From Candidatus Amesbacteria bacterium RIFCSPLOWO2_01_FULL_48_25 (GTDB lineage Bacteria > Patescibacteriota > Microgenomatia > CAZETR01 > Amesbacteraceae), in contig MEXN01000005.1 of assembly GCA_001773695.1 (NCBI GenBank), positions 3,687-67,686 of the forward strand: DNA of 64,000 nt, given 5' to 3'. Made by a program: the position numbers and the translations under genes. This document shows, piece by piece, positions 55,491 through 64,000 of the stretch. Below the pieces are notes generated by a model that saw nothing but the letters and a program-made list of their open reading frames with translations, was not told the DNA's origin and made no database searches. Position 1 is the first letter of the stretch; every line of letters begins with the position of its first letter.

Positions 55491-57557
55491 ATGATTATGA
55501 ATTTGGTACTAGTGGAAAGCCCGACCAAGGCCAGGACTCTAGGGAAATTTTTGGGAACTGGTTTTGACATTGAGGCGACGTATGGTCATGTGAGGGATCT
55601 GCCAAAGAAGAAGATGGGGATAGAGATAAAGAGATTAAGTGATGGAGTGATGAAGTTTGAGCCGGAGTACGTGAGTACGAAAGAACAGGAGAAAAAGATC
55701 AAAGATATTAAGAGATTAAGTGATAAAGCAGAATGGATATATCTGGCGACAGATCCGGATCGGGAAGGAGAAGCGATTGCCTTTCATGTAGCGGAGCTAC
55801 TGAAAGTCAACAAATCCCAAGCCCCAAGCCCCAAATCCCAAATTAAGAGGATTGTATTTCATGAGATCACGGAACATGCCATAAAAGAGGCGTTGGGGCA
55901 TCCGCGGGGATTGGATATGAAGTTGGTTGACGCTCAGCAGGCGCGAAGAGTGTTGGACCGGTTGGTAGGGTATAAATTGTCTCCATTACTGTGGAAAAAG
56001 ATAAGAAGGGGGCTGTCGGCGGGGAGGGTGCAAAGCGTGGCAGTGCGATTGGTAGTGGAACGAGAAAGGGAGATTGAAGCTTTTAAACCAGAAGAGTATT
56101 GGCAAATCATGGTGGATTTGCTCAAGATCCAAGAACCAAGAAACAAGATACAAGTGACGTTGGTTGAGAAGAACGGGGAGAAAATGAAAATCGGAAATCA
56201 AGTTGAGGCGGAAAAAGTGGAAGGGGATTTGAGGGGGGCGGGATATGTGGTGGAGGGGGTGGAGATGAAGGAGTTTAAGCGGACCCCGCCGGCGCCGTTT
56301 ACAACTTCTACACTTCAGCAGGCGGGGGCAAATAAGCTGGGGTGGAGTGCCAAGCGGACGATGCAAGTGGCACAGGGTTTATATGAAGAGGGACTAATTA
56401 CTTATCACCGGACGGACTCGACAAACATTGCTGTTGAAGCAGCGCTTGCGGTTAGGCAGTTAATTAGTGATCGGTTTGGGAAAGAATATTCTTTAGAGAA
56501 ACCTAGATTCTATAAAACCAAAAGCAAAGTGGCGCAGGAGGCTCATGAGGCCATACGTCCTACGGACGTGAATACCACCTCGTCTCACGGCACCCCTCCT
56601 AATTTAGGAGGGGTCGGGGGTAGTATAAACCGCGACCAGGCGCGATTGTACGAGATGATTTGGAGGAGGTTCGTGGCGTGCCAGATGGCGGAGGTACGGG
56701 GGACGAGTGTTAAAATTAGTGTGGTTGCCGGTCAATACGGCTTGGAAGCAAGGGGTGAAACTATAACTTTTGATGGTTGGTACAAGGTGTTGGAAAAAGA
56801 CGCCGAAGAAAATTTATTGCCGCAGGTGAGTGAGGGGGAGAAGTTGGATTTTGTAGATTTAACAAAAGAGCAAAAATTTACTCAACCGCCAGCCCGGTAC
56901 AATGACGCCTCGCTGATTAAAGCATTGGAGGAGATGGGGATCGGGCGGCCCTCCACGTATGCGCCGACTTTGTCGACAATTCAAGACAGGCAATATGTAG
57001 AGAAGATCGAAAAGCGCTTTAAGCCAACTGAGTTGGGGGTGGCGGTGAATGATTTTTTGGTGGCCAACTTTCCCCGGGAAGTAAATTATGAGTTTACGGC
57101 CAATATGGAGTATGGTTTGGACGAAGTGGCCAATGGAGACAAGGAGTGGCAACCGCTGGTGTCTGATTTTTACGGGCCATTTGAGGCGGATTTAAAGAAT
57201 GTGGAGCAGACGGTGGCGAGAGTGAAAGTGGAAGTGGAGAAAACGGGGGAGAAGTGCCCGGAGTGCGAAGTTGGGGATGTGGTGATAAGAATAGGAAGGT
57301 TTGGAAGATTTTTGGCTTGCAGCCGGTATCCGGAGTGTAAATATAAAGCGAATTATCAGAACAAGATTGGGATGAAATGCCCCAAATGTAGTGAAGGGGA
57401 CGTAATAGTGAGAAAGACCAGAAAGGGCAAGAGTTTTTACGGCTGCAGCCGGTACCCCGATTGCGATTTTGCCAGTTGGACTAAGCCGCAAGTGAGTGGT
57501 CAAGATAAAAAAGAAGGAGGAGATGGACAAACGGGAAAGGGAAGAGCAGAACAGTGA
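55491..57557 (+). CDS. topA: DNA topoisomerase I with C-terminal zinc ribbons; carries one palindromic and one low-complexity in-frame insertion
   Basis: TOPRIM 'LVLVESPTKARTLGKFLG', 'YLATDPDREGEAIA', active-site region 'ITYHRTDST', C4 ribbons 'CPECE...C', 'CPKCSEG...C'. Confidence 0.9.
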   Translation: MIMNLVLVESPTKARTLGKFLGTGFDIEATYGHVRDLPKKKMGIEIKRLSDGVMKFEPEYVSTKEQEKKIKDIKRLSDKAEWIYLATDPDREGEAIAFHVAELLKVNKSQAPSPKSQIKRIVFHEITEHAIKEALGHPRGLDMKLVDAQQARRVLDRLVGYKLSPLLWKKIRRGLSAGRVQSVAVRLVVEREREIEAFKPEEYWQIMVDLLKIQEPRNKIQVTLVEKNGEKMKIGNQVEAEKVEGDLRGAGYVVEGVEMKEFKRTPPAPFTTSTLQQAGANKLGWSAKRTMQVAQGLYEEGLITYHRTDSTNIAVEAALAVRQLISDRFGKEYSLEKPRFYKTKSKVAQEAHEAIRPTDVNTTSSHGTPPNLGGVGGSINRDQARLYEMIWRRFVACQMAEVRGTSVKISVVAGQYGLEARGETITFDGWYKVLEKDAEENLLPQVSEGEKLDFVDLTKEQKFTQPPARYNDASLIKALEEMGIGRPSTYAPTLSTIQDRQYVEKIEKRFKPTELGVAVNDFLVANFPREVNYEFTANMEYGLDEVANGDKEWQPLVSDFYGPFEADLKNVEQTVARVKVEVEKTGEKCPECEVGDVVIRIGRFGRFLACSRYPECKYKANYQNKIGMKCPKCSEGDVIVRKTRKGKSFYGCSRYPDCDFASWTKPQVSGQDKKEGGDGQTGKGRAEQ
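56587..56620. repeat. GC-rich palindromic element inside topA (CCCCTCCTAA-T-TTAGGAGGGG), in frame, encodes TPPNLGGVGG
   Basis: seen directly. Confidence 0.8.
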
Positions 57558-57816
57558 TGTACCGGAGTGGGCTTGGTGGTTATATCAAATTTTGGCGACG
57601 GCAGTACTGGTGTCAGGTTTGACGCAGGCTGGGAGAGGAGTGGTGGAAGGGTACATTTTGCCCAAAGTCGCGCCGCTGGTCGTGGGTGAGTTGGCATTGG
57701 GCGCAGGAATGTGGGCGTACTTTTATTGGATGAATTGGGGAGGCGGGAGGGAGGTTTGATGTCAATAGGTATTTTGGGGATTGAAAGTGGGGGGTGAGTT
57801 TTGTTAAAAGTGGGGC

Positions 57817-58386
57817 GTGGTTTTGAGTGATCGGGATATTAGAAAGAGGGTAAAGGGTAAAGGGCTGGTAATTCGGCCGTTTAGAAGTGAGAATGTCCAG
57901 CCGTCGTCTGTGGATTTACTTTTGGGTAGCGAGTTTCTGGTGTTTGATACACACGGACAGAGTTTGATTGACACTAAAAATGAAATTAAGGGGCTGATGA
58001 AAAAGATAGTTGTTAAATCGGGGGAACCGTTGATCGTCCACCCGCGGGAGTTTGTACTGGGGACGACTCGAGAATGGGTGGAATTGCCGTCTGATTTGGT
58101 GGGACGACTGGAGGGAAAGTCGAGTTTGGGGCGGATTGGCCTGGTGATCCATTCGACGGCCGGGTACGTGGACCCGGGTTTTGCCGGGCAGTTGACGCTG
58201 GAGATATCTAACTTAGCTAATTTGCCCATTGCCTTGTACTCGGGGATGAAGATTTGTCAGTTTAGTTTGCAGCAAATGACTAGTCCAGCCCAGTATCCGT
58301 ACGGGCACAAAAAATTAAAGAGTCATTACATGGGGCAAAAAGGCGTGACCGGCGCCGATACCGGGAGTATTTGGGGGAGGAAATAA
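57817..58386 (+). CDS. dcd: dCTP deaminase
   Basis: 'LVIRPFRSENVQPSSVDL', 'GLVIHSTAGYVDPGFAGQLTLEI' dUTPase-like fold motifs of Dcd. Confidence 0.8.
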   Translation: MVLSDRDIRKRVKGKGLVIRPFRSENVQPSSVDLLLGSEFLVFDTHGQSLIDTKNEIKGLMKKIVVKSGEPLIVHPREFVLGTTREWVELPSDLVGRLEGKSSLGRIGLVIHSTAGYVDPGFAGQLTLEISNLANLPIALYSGMKICQFSLQQMTSPAQYPYGHKKLKSHYMGQKGVTGADTGSIWGRK

Positions 58387-59331
58387 ATGGCTTTGTCTAC
58401 TGAGACTAAGAGTTCAGAAAAAATTGTAAACGAAGGTGCGGAGAAGTGGTTAGGAGTTAGGATCCCTGTTTTGGATCATGGATATGTAATGCTAGTTGAT
58501 TACATGGGAAACGATCAAACGATTGAGAAGGCGGCTAGAGTATCGTATCAAGCGGGAACGAGACAAGTGAGTGAAACGCGAACTCTACTGAGATATTTGA
58601 TGAGAAATAGGCATACCAGCCCTTTTGAGATGAACGAATACGTGTTTCACATGAAGTTGCCGATTTTTGTGGCTAGACAGGTGGTCAGACATAGGACTGC
58701 GGGTTTGAATGAAGAATCGGCCAGGTATTCGATATTGGCTGACGAAGTGTATATTCCAGATGCGAATGTTCTGGCTGGACAATCGAAAAGTAACAGGCAG
58801 GGGCGAGACGAAGTGTTTGGTGCAGAGGAAGCTGAGGCTGTGAGGAAATTACTGATTGCCGAAGCGGGTATGGCAAGGAAAAACTATGAGTATTTGTTGA
58901 ATGACGATGGTATTGGGAATCCGGTTGACCAAAGTCGGGGAATGCTGGCTCGGGAATTGGCCAGACTTGGGTTGACTATGGGGCAATACACTCAATGGAT
59001 TTGGAAGATGGACTTGCATAATTTGTTGCATTTTCTTAGTTTAAGAATGGATGCCCATGCCCAGTATGAAACGAGGCAATATGCGAATGCTGTGGCTACA
59101 GTAGTAGCTGATGCGGTTCCGATTACTTATCAAGCTTTTGTGGACTATGAGTTGGAAGCGATTCGATTAACTAAGCCTGATCAGGTGGTTATTGGAAGCC
59201 TGATGGCGAGTTTGGGTGTGGTTTTGACAGAACAGCAGGTCGGTGACAGGGCAAAAGCATTAGGAATGAAGAATAAAAGGGAGCGGGAGGAATTACTGGA
59301 TAAACTACGTAGACTGGGTCTGGTAAAATAG
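58387..59331 (+). CDS. thyX: flavin-dependent thymidylate synthase ThyX
   Basis: 'RQVVRHRTAGLNEESARY' = RHRxxxxxxxS ThyX signature. Confidence 0.85.
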   Translation: MALSTETKSSEKIVNEGAEKWLGVRIPVLDHGYVMLVDYMGNDQTIEKAARVSYQAGTRQVSETRTLLRYLMRNRHTSPFEMNEYVFHMKLPIFVARQVVRHRTAGLNEESARYSILADEVYIPDANVLAGQSKSNRQGRDEVFGAEEAEAVRKLLIAEAGMARKNYEYLLNDDGIGNPVDQSRGMLARELARLGLTMGQYTQWIWKMDLHNLLHFLSLRMDAHAQYETRQYANAVATVVADAVPITYQAFVDYELEAIRLTKPDQVVIGSLMASLGVVLTEQQVGDRAKALGMKNKREREELLDKLRRLGLVK

Positions 59332-59439
59332 GGGTATGGCTGAAGGAAGAGAGAAGAACGAATATTTGGGGACGTTTTTAAAAATTGCGTTGGCGATTGG
59401 GATCTTGGCGTTGGTGCTTTAGGGTGATAAACTCGTGTT

Positions 59440-60039
59440 ATGAAGAAGGGATTGTTTGTGGTGTTGTATGGGCCGGACGGGGTGGGGAAAAGCCGGCAGA
59501 TGGAACTAATAGAAGAGCGGTTGCGGGAGCAGGGGGTGATGTACCGGCGGCTGAGGTATCCGATTTATGACTTAAAACCTACGGGGTCTAGGTTAGATGA
59601 GATGCTGCATAAAAATAAAAAACCTTTGGAAGAGGAGAAAATGCAGGAACTGTTTGCCCAAAATCGGCGGGATTTCGAACCGACCCTAAGGTCCTGGTTG
59701 AATTCCGGTGTGTGTGTGGCGGCGGAAAACTATACCGGTACGGGATTGGCGTGGGGAGCGGTGCGGGGTGTGGCCATGATTAAACTTGAAGAGATGAATA
59801 AAGGCATACTGGAGCCGGATGTGGCGATATTTCTGGACGGGCCGAAAAGAGCTGAATTGCCTATTGAGGGTCATCCATATGGGACGGAAGAAAACGAGGA
59901 TGAGTGGTATAGACTGCGGAAGATTTACTTGCAACTGGCGGATAAATACGGCTGGGTGCGGGTGGGCGGTGACGCACCGATATTGATTGTGGCTAACCGG
60001 ATCTGGGCCGTGGTCCGACCGGTGTTGGTAAGAAGATAG
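59440..60039 (+). CDS. divergent (d)NMP-kinase-fold protein, thymidylate-kinase-like paralog
   Basis: P-loop 'LYGPDGVGKSRQ' in Tmk-like context, LID-like region, ~200 aa; differs from canonical Tmk downstream. Confidence 0.55.
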   Translation: MKKGLFVVLYGPDGVGKSRQMELIEERLREQGVMYRRLRYPIYDLKPTGSRLDEMLHKNKKPLEEEKMQELFAQNRRDFEPTLRSWLNSGVCVAAENYTGTGLAWGAVRGVAMIKLEEMNKGILEPDVAIFLDGPKRAELPIEGHPYGTEENEDEWYRLRKIYLQLADKYGWVRVGGDAPILIVANRIWAVVRPVLVRR

Positions 60040-60066
60040 TTTTTCGGGTGTGGTATATTTCGGGCA

Positions 60067-60765
60067 GTGGCGGGGGAATACGACGGCTATTTTATTACTT
60101 TTGAAGGACCCGACGGTTCGGGTAAAAGCACGCAGTCGAAATTATTGGTCCAATACTTGGGGGGGTTGGGATACGATGTGATGCATACGTTCGAGCCGGG
60201 AGGGACGAAGATTGGTGAGCAGGTGCGAAACGTGTTGCACGATATGAGAAATACAGCAATGCAACCGAGAGCTGAGGCTTTGGGGTATCTGATGTCTCGG
60301 GCGCAGCTGATGGGAGAAAAAATCAGGCCCCGATTGGCTTGGGGAGGAATAGTGGTTAGCGATAGATATAACGATAGTACTCTGGCATATCAGGGGTACG
60401 GGCATGGTCTAGATTTGGATATGCTGAGAGTGGTTTGCGGTTTTGCCACCGGAGGGTTAACGCCGGATTTGACGTTACTCCTTGATTTGTCTGTCGAGGA
60501 GGGTTTGGAGCGTCGGAAAACTGGAGGAGGAGAATGGAATAGGTTGGATGCGATGGATGTGGAGTTTCATGGGCGGGTGAGAGGTGGTTATTTAGAAATG
60601 GCTCGGCAGGAACCGGACAGATGGGTAGTGATCGACGCTAAGGCGAGTGTTTGGGAGTTGCACAAGGCTGTGAGGGTGGTGGTGCAGGGAGTCTTAGGTT
60701 TAGGGATGGATGTGGATCGGATGCGATGGGAGGGAGAAGGCGGTATAATTCCCGGCAATGGATGA
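60067..60765 (+). CDS. tmk: thymidylate kinase
   Basis: 'ITFEGPDGSGKSTQ' P-loop, 'DRY' motif 'VVSDRYNDS', LID 'RR...GEWNRLD'. Confidence 0.8.
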   Translation: MAGEYDGYFITFEGPDGSGKSTQSKLLVQYLGGLGYDVMHTFEPGGTKIGEQVRNVLHDMRNTAMQPRAEALGYLMSRAQLMGEKIRPRLAWGGIVVSDRYNDSTLAYQGYGHGLDLDMLRVVCGFATGGLTPDLTLLLDLSVEEGLERRKTGGGEWNRLDAMDVEFHGRVRGGYLEMARQEPDRWVVIDAKASVWELHKAVRVVVQGVLGLGMDVDRMRWEGEGGIIPGNG

Positions 60766-61963
60766 AGTATTTGAATTGATCAAATCGGAAGAGAAGAGGC
60801 AGGGGGAGACACTGATGATGATCCCGTCGGAGAACTACGCCAGTAGGGCGGTAAGGCAGGCGATGGGGTCGGTACTAAATAATAAATACTCGGAAGGGTA
60901 TCCCGGAAAGAGATATTATCAAGGAAATAAATATGTTGATGATATAGAGAATATCGCTATAGAAAGAGTAAAAAAATTGTTCGCAGTGAAGTATGCGAAT
61001 GTCCAACCATATTCCGGCTCCCCGGCTAACGCCGCGGTGTTAATGGCATTGGTTGGGCCGGGAGAAAAAATTATGGGGATGAAATTGTCCGGAGGCGGGC
61101 ATTTGACGCATGGACATCCCAAGATCACTTTTTCGGGCAAGTATTATCAGAGTGGGCAATACGATGTAAATGATGAGGGGTGGATTGATTATGATGAGGT
61201 GGAGCGGATGGCGCGAGCCGAGAAACCGAAACTGATTATTGCAGGAACCACGGCGTATCCCAGAATCTTGGATTTTTCTAAGTTTGGAAAAATTGCCCAT
61301 GGTGTGGGGGCGTATTTGTTGGCGGATATATCCCACATTGCCGGGTTAGTGGTGGCTGGGACTCATCCATCGCCAGTGGGTCATGCTGATGTGGTTATGA
61401 CCACAACTCATAAGACATTGCGGGGGCCGCGGGGGGCAATTTTGATGACTGATAATGAGGAAACCGCTCGCAAAATCGACCGGGCGGTATTTCCGGGATT
61501 GCAAGGCGGTCCGCATAACAGTACGACTGCTGCTATTGCTGTCGCTTTGGTTGAAGCCGGTACGCCGGAGTTTAAAGAGTACGGGGTGCAGGTTGTAAAG
61601 AATGCTAAAGTTTTGAGTGATGAGCTAACAAAATTGGGGTTTAAGCTGACGACTGGCGGGACAGATAACCATCTGGTGGTTATAAATTTGGGCGGAGGCG
61701 GTAAGGAAGCGGCTGTGGCTTTGGAAGAGGCGGGAATTATAGTCAATTATAATGCCGTACCGCATGACTCCAATCCTCCGGCTAACCCTTCGGGACTCCG
61801 GTTGGGGACACCGGCGGTGACAACTCGGGGAATGGAAGAAGAGGAGATGAAACAAATTGCGCAGTGGATAAGCGATACGATTCGTATAAGGAATAACGTA
61901 TCAGGTATTAGGGAAATTAGAAATGAAGTGAAGAAGATGTGCAAAAAATTTCCGGTGCCGTGA
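60758..61963 (+). CDS. glyA: serine hydroxymethyltransferase
   Basis: 'VVMTTTHKTLRGPRGA' PLP-lysine motif; 'GLRLGTPAVTTRGM'. Confidence 0.9.
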   Translation: MDEVFELIKSEEKRQGETLMMIPSENYASRAVRQAMGSVLNNKYSEGYPGKRYYQGNKYVDDIENIAIERVKKLFAVKYANVQPYSGSPANAAVLMALVGPGEKIMGMKLSGGGHLTHGHPKITFSGKYYQSGQYDVNDEGWIDYDEVERMARAEKPKLIIAGTTAYPRILDFSKFGKIAHGVGAYLLADISHIAGLVVAGTHPSPVGHADVVMTTTHKTLRGPRGAILMTDNEETARKIDRAVFPGLQGGPHNSTTAAIAVALVEAGTPEFKEYGVQVVKNAKVLSDELTKLGFKLTTGGTDNHLVVINLGGGGKEAAVALEEAGIIVNYNAVPHDSNPPANPSGLRLGTPAVTTRGMEEEEMKQIAQWISDTIRIRNNVSGIREIRNEVKKMCKKFPVP

Positions 61964-62201
61964 GACTTGATGGTTGACAGGAGTGTGAAAAGAGGACTAA
62001 GGTGAGGTATGGATGAGAGGAAAGTTGTGTTTGCCAAGGATCTGGGTAAGACCGGGAGTGGGGAAGCGAGGGAGTTTTTAAGGGAACCAGAAAAAGTGGT
62101 TAGGTGGGCCTATTGGATACTGGGGTTGGCTGCACTGGCGGCCGTGGCGGCGTCTCAATTTGTGAGATAAATCCAACGTATTCCAGTCCGCCACTGGCGG
62201 A

Positions 62202-63014
62202 TTGCATTGGCTATATACTCGTCAGGAGCCTGACGATTATAATCGGGGCATGATTTTTGATGGGAAGAAGTTTGCGGGGGAAATTGAGAAGATATTAAGA
62301 GATGAAGTGATTAAGTTGGGGAAGAGGCTGAAGCTGGTGACGATTGTAGACCCGGCGAATCCAGCAAGCGTAACATATACAAATCTCAAAGCTGCTATGG
62401 CTGCACGCCTGGGTGTAGATTTTGAAATTCAAAAATCAAATAACAAATCACAAATCAAATCTAAAATCCAAAAACTAAACGTGGATTCAGATGTTGATGG
62501 GATTATGGTTCAGATGCCGTTCCCGAATGCCAAATTTCTAATTGATCTAATTGACCCAAGGAAAGATATAGACGGATTGAGAGAAGATTCGCCGTATAAG
62601 CCGGCGGTAGTGAGAGCGATTTGTGAAATCCTAATTTCTAATTTCGAATTTCTAAACAAATCTCAAGCCCCAAAATCCAAAACACAAATTTGTGTTGTGG
62701 GGTCGAAGGGGTTTGTGGGATCTAGGCTGATGCGGGAGTTGCCGGGAGCGGTGGGGATGGATAAGGGGGATTTTGACCCTTCGGTGTTGCTCAGAGCAAG
62801 TGTAATTGTAAGTGCTACGGGGCAGGCGGGGCTGATTAAGCCCGATATGGTTAAAGAGGGGGTGGTAGCTATTGATGTGGGGTATCCCAAAGGGGATTTT
62901 GACCCGGAAGTGGTGAAGAAAACCGCGTTTTTTACGCCGGTTCCGGGTGGAGTGGGGCCGGTAACGGTGGTGATGCTGTTTAAAAATTTGGTGGATGCTG
63001 TATTATTGGAGTAG
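62202..63014 (+). CDS. folD: bifunctional 5,10-methylene-THF dehydrogenase/cyclohydrolase FolD (true start probably Met at ~62250) with Lys/Gln-rich low-complexity segments
   Basis: 'DGIMVQMPFP', 'KPAVVRAI', 'VVGSKGFVGSRL', 'VSATGQAGLIKPDMVKEGVVAIDVG'. Confidence 0.75.
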   Translation: MHWLYTRQEPDDYNRGMIFDGKKFAGEIEKILRDEVIKLGKRLKLVTIVDPANPASVTYTNLKAAMAARLGVDFEIQKSNNKSQIKSKIQKLNVDSDVDGIMVQMPFPNAKFLIDLIDPRKDIDGLREDSPYKPAVVRAICEILISNFEFLNKSQAPKSKTQICVVGSKGFVGSRLMRELPGAVGMDKGDFDPSVLLRASVIVSATGQAGLIKPDMVKEGVVAIDVGYPKGDFDPEVVKKTAFFTPVPGGVGPVTVVMLFKNLVDAVLLE

Positions 63015-63258
63015 TGGCGATTGCAGTTCAAGATCAAGCAGTGGAGACTCCGGTGAAGTTGGAGGGGAGGGATATTGGAGAAGGCTTGTCGGACAAGCAA
63101 CTGGGGAGTTTGTTGAGTACTCAGATGCAGGCTGAGGGAGCAGCGTCTAAATTGTCAGAAGGCATCAATACTGGTGTTTCGGAGAGGGTAGCGGAGGATA
63201 AAGTGAGGATTGGTTTTTTGAGAGGGGTGATAAATAAGATAAGGTCAAAAACAGGTTT

Positions 63259-63756
63259 TTAGTGGGAGATTTCGCGGGTGATGGTGACTTCGGTGGAGCC
63301 GTCCCCATATGGTAACTCGCCTTTTATTGTGTCCGAGGTCCCGGGGCAATCTGGGTTGGGGTGGTGAGTTTCTGCAACAGGATTTTCGAGATGAAGGTCA
63401 ATGGTTGTTTCTTGGCCGTCGGCGAATTTTAGTTCTAGGTCTGCGGCATGAGGTTTAATGATAAGAGATAGATCCGAGTCGTGGTATATTTCCTGGTCGG
63501 GTTGGGAGGTGGAAAAGATTTTGTGGAGTAGGACTCTGGGAGAACAGTCGACGGGTGTAGGGGTAAGCATTGAACCTTCTGGGGTAGTGGTGGCTTCGGA
63601 ATAAAGAGCTGCACAAAAAGATGCCCCAACCAAGGTTCCAAGGGCCAGTACTAGGCCGTATTTGAGTTCGTGGCTGGTAAAGGTGGATTTGGGTCGCCCA
63701 TGACTGAGAGGTTTTCCGGCGTCTCCACGTCCGGCATAGTTCCTGATTCTAGGCAT
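63259..63756 (-). CDS. hypothetical secreted/anchored protein (165 aa)
   Basis: N-terminal TM 'GLVLALGTLVGASFCAALY'; ORF only. Confidence 0.35.
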   Translation of the reverse strand: MPRIRNYAGRGDAGKPLSHGRPKSTFTSHELKYGLVLALGTLVGASFCAALYSEATTTPEGSMLTPTPVDCSPRVLLHKIFSTSQPDQEIYHDSDLSLIIKPHAADLELKFADGQETTIDLHLENPVAETHHPNPDCPGTSDTIKGELPYGDGSTEVTITREISH

Positions 63757-64000
63757 AGCGCGAATTATACGCCTGTGATAAAATGCTTTGGAGGTTATTT
63801 CGCACCTCGCCTAATTTCTCCTTATAAATTTTGGCGGGGGAGGTAAAAAGGAGAAAGTATGAATACAGCTCACGATTTGATAATGTCTGAGTTAGATCGG
63901 ACTAATGTTGCAAGGTTGGCAGCTTTGGAGATGGTAAAGGTGGGTGCGATGACGGTGGAGGAGTGGAAAAGACTTGATGACGCGTTGGATGGAAGGGCGA

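Noticed and set aside
1-64000. CRISPR arrays / cas genes
   Set aside because: No regularly spaced direct repeats with unique spacers seen anywhere. Short repeats present are palindromic intragenic elements or scattered intergenic motifs, not arrays.

Overview
Most likely a 64-kb genome segment from a small-genome, CPR/Patescibacteria-like bacterium (inferred from gene content and architecture, not from any search). About 75% of the window is conserved housekeeping genes; the rest is accessory, mobile and decaying DNA.

Syntenic core:
- dprA, a CheY-like receiver gene, comM, a DUF2207 membrane protein gene and yraN.
- rplK, nusG, secE, a YvcK/CofD-family gene and ddl.
- A PilB/GspE-like ATPase gene.
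- Two tRNA-Thr and one tRNA-Tyr.
- A site-2 (M50) protease gene, rpmB, fmt, def, an O-antigen-ligase/TPR membrane protein gene, mreB, mrdA (PBP2) and topA.
- A thymidylate-synthesis cluster: dcd, thyX, tmk-like, tmk, glyA, folD.

Accessory and unusual content:
1. A 3-gene cohesin/dockerin operon (10.3-13.7 kb).
2. A repeat-punctuated array of Fic, GNAT, GIY-YIG, nucleotidyltransferase/HEPN and a truncated SDR remnant (14.1-17.5 kb).
3. A phage-like, integrative-element-like stretch that includes a large serine recombinase and a putative small-terminase gene (19.2-27.1 kb).
4. Three giant Pro/Thr-linker surface proteins (29.6-37.8 kb): LamG lectin-like, unknown, and purple acid phosphatase.
5. 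Two tandem proteins with a VirB2/TrbC-like pilin N-terminus fused to Cys-rich C-terminal domains (52.9-55.5 kb).

Two sequence-level features stand out:
- A family of ~22-25 bp GC-rich palindromes (consensus CCCCTCCTAAATTTAGGAGGGG) occurs repeatedly in frame inside essential genes: fmt twice, def, mrdA, topA and the O-antigen-ligase-like gene. Each copy adds a 'PP-x-L-x-GG'-type peptide. This resembles the in-frame palindromic elements known from Rickettsia.
- A HepT/MNT toxin-antitoxin cassette sits between a duplicated 5' fragment of comM and the intact comM.

No CRISPR array or rRNA gene was seen.
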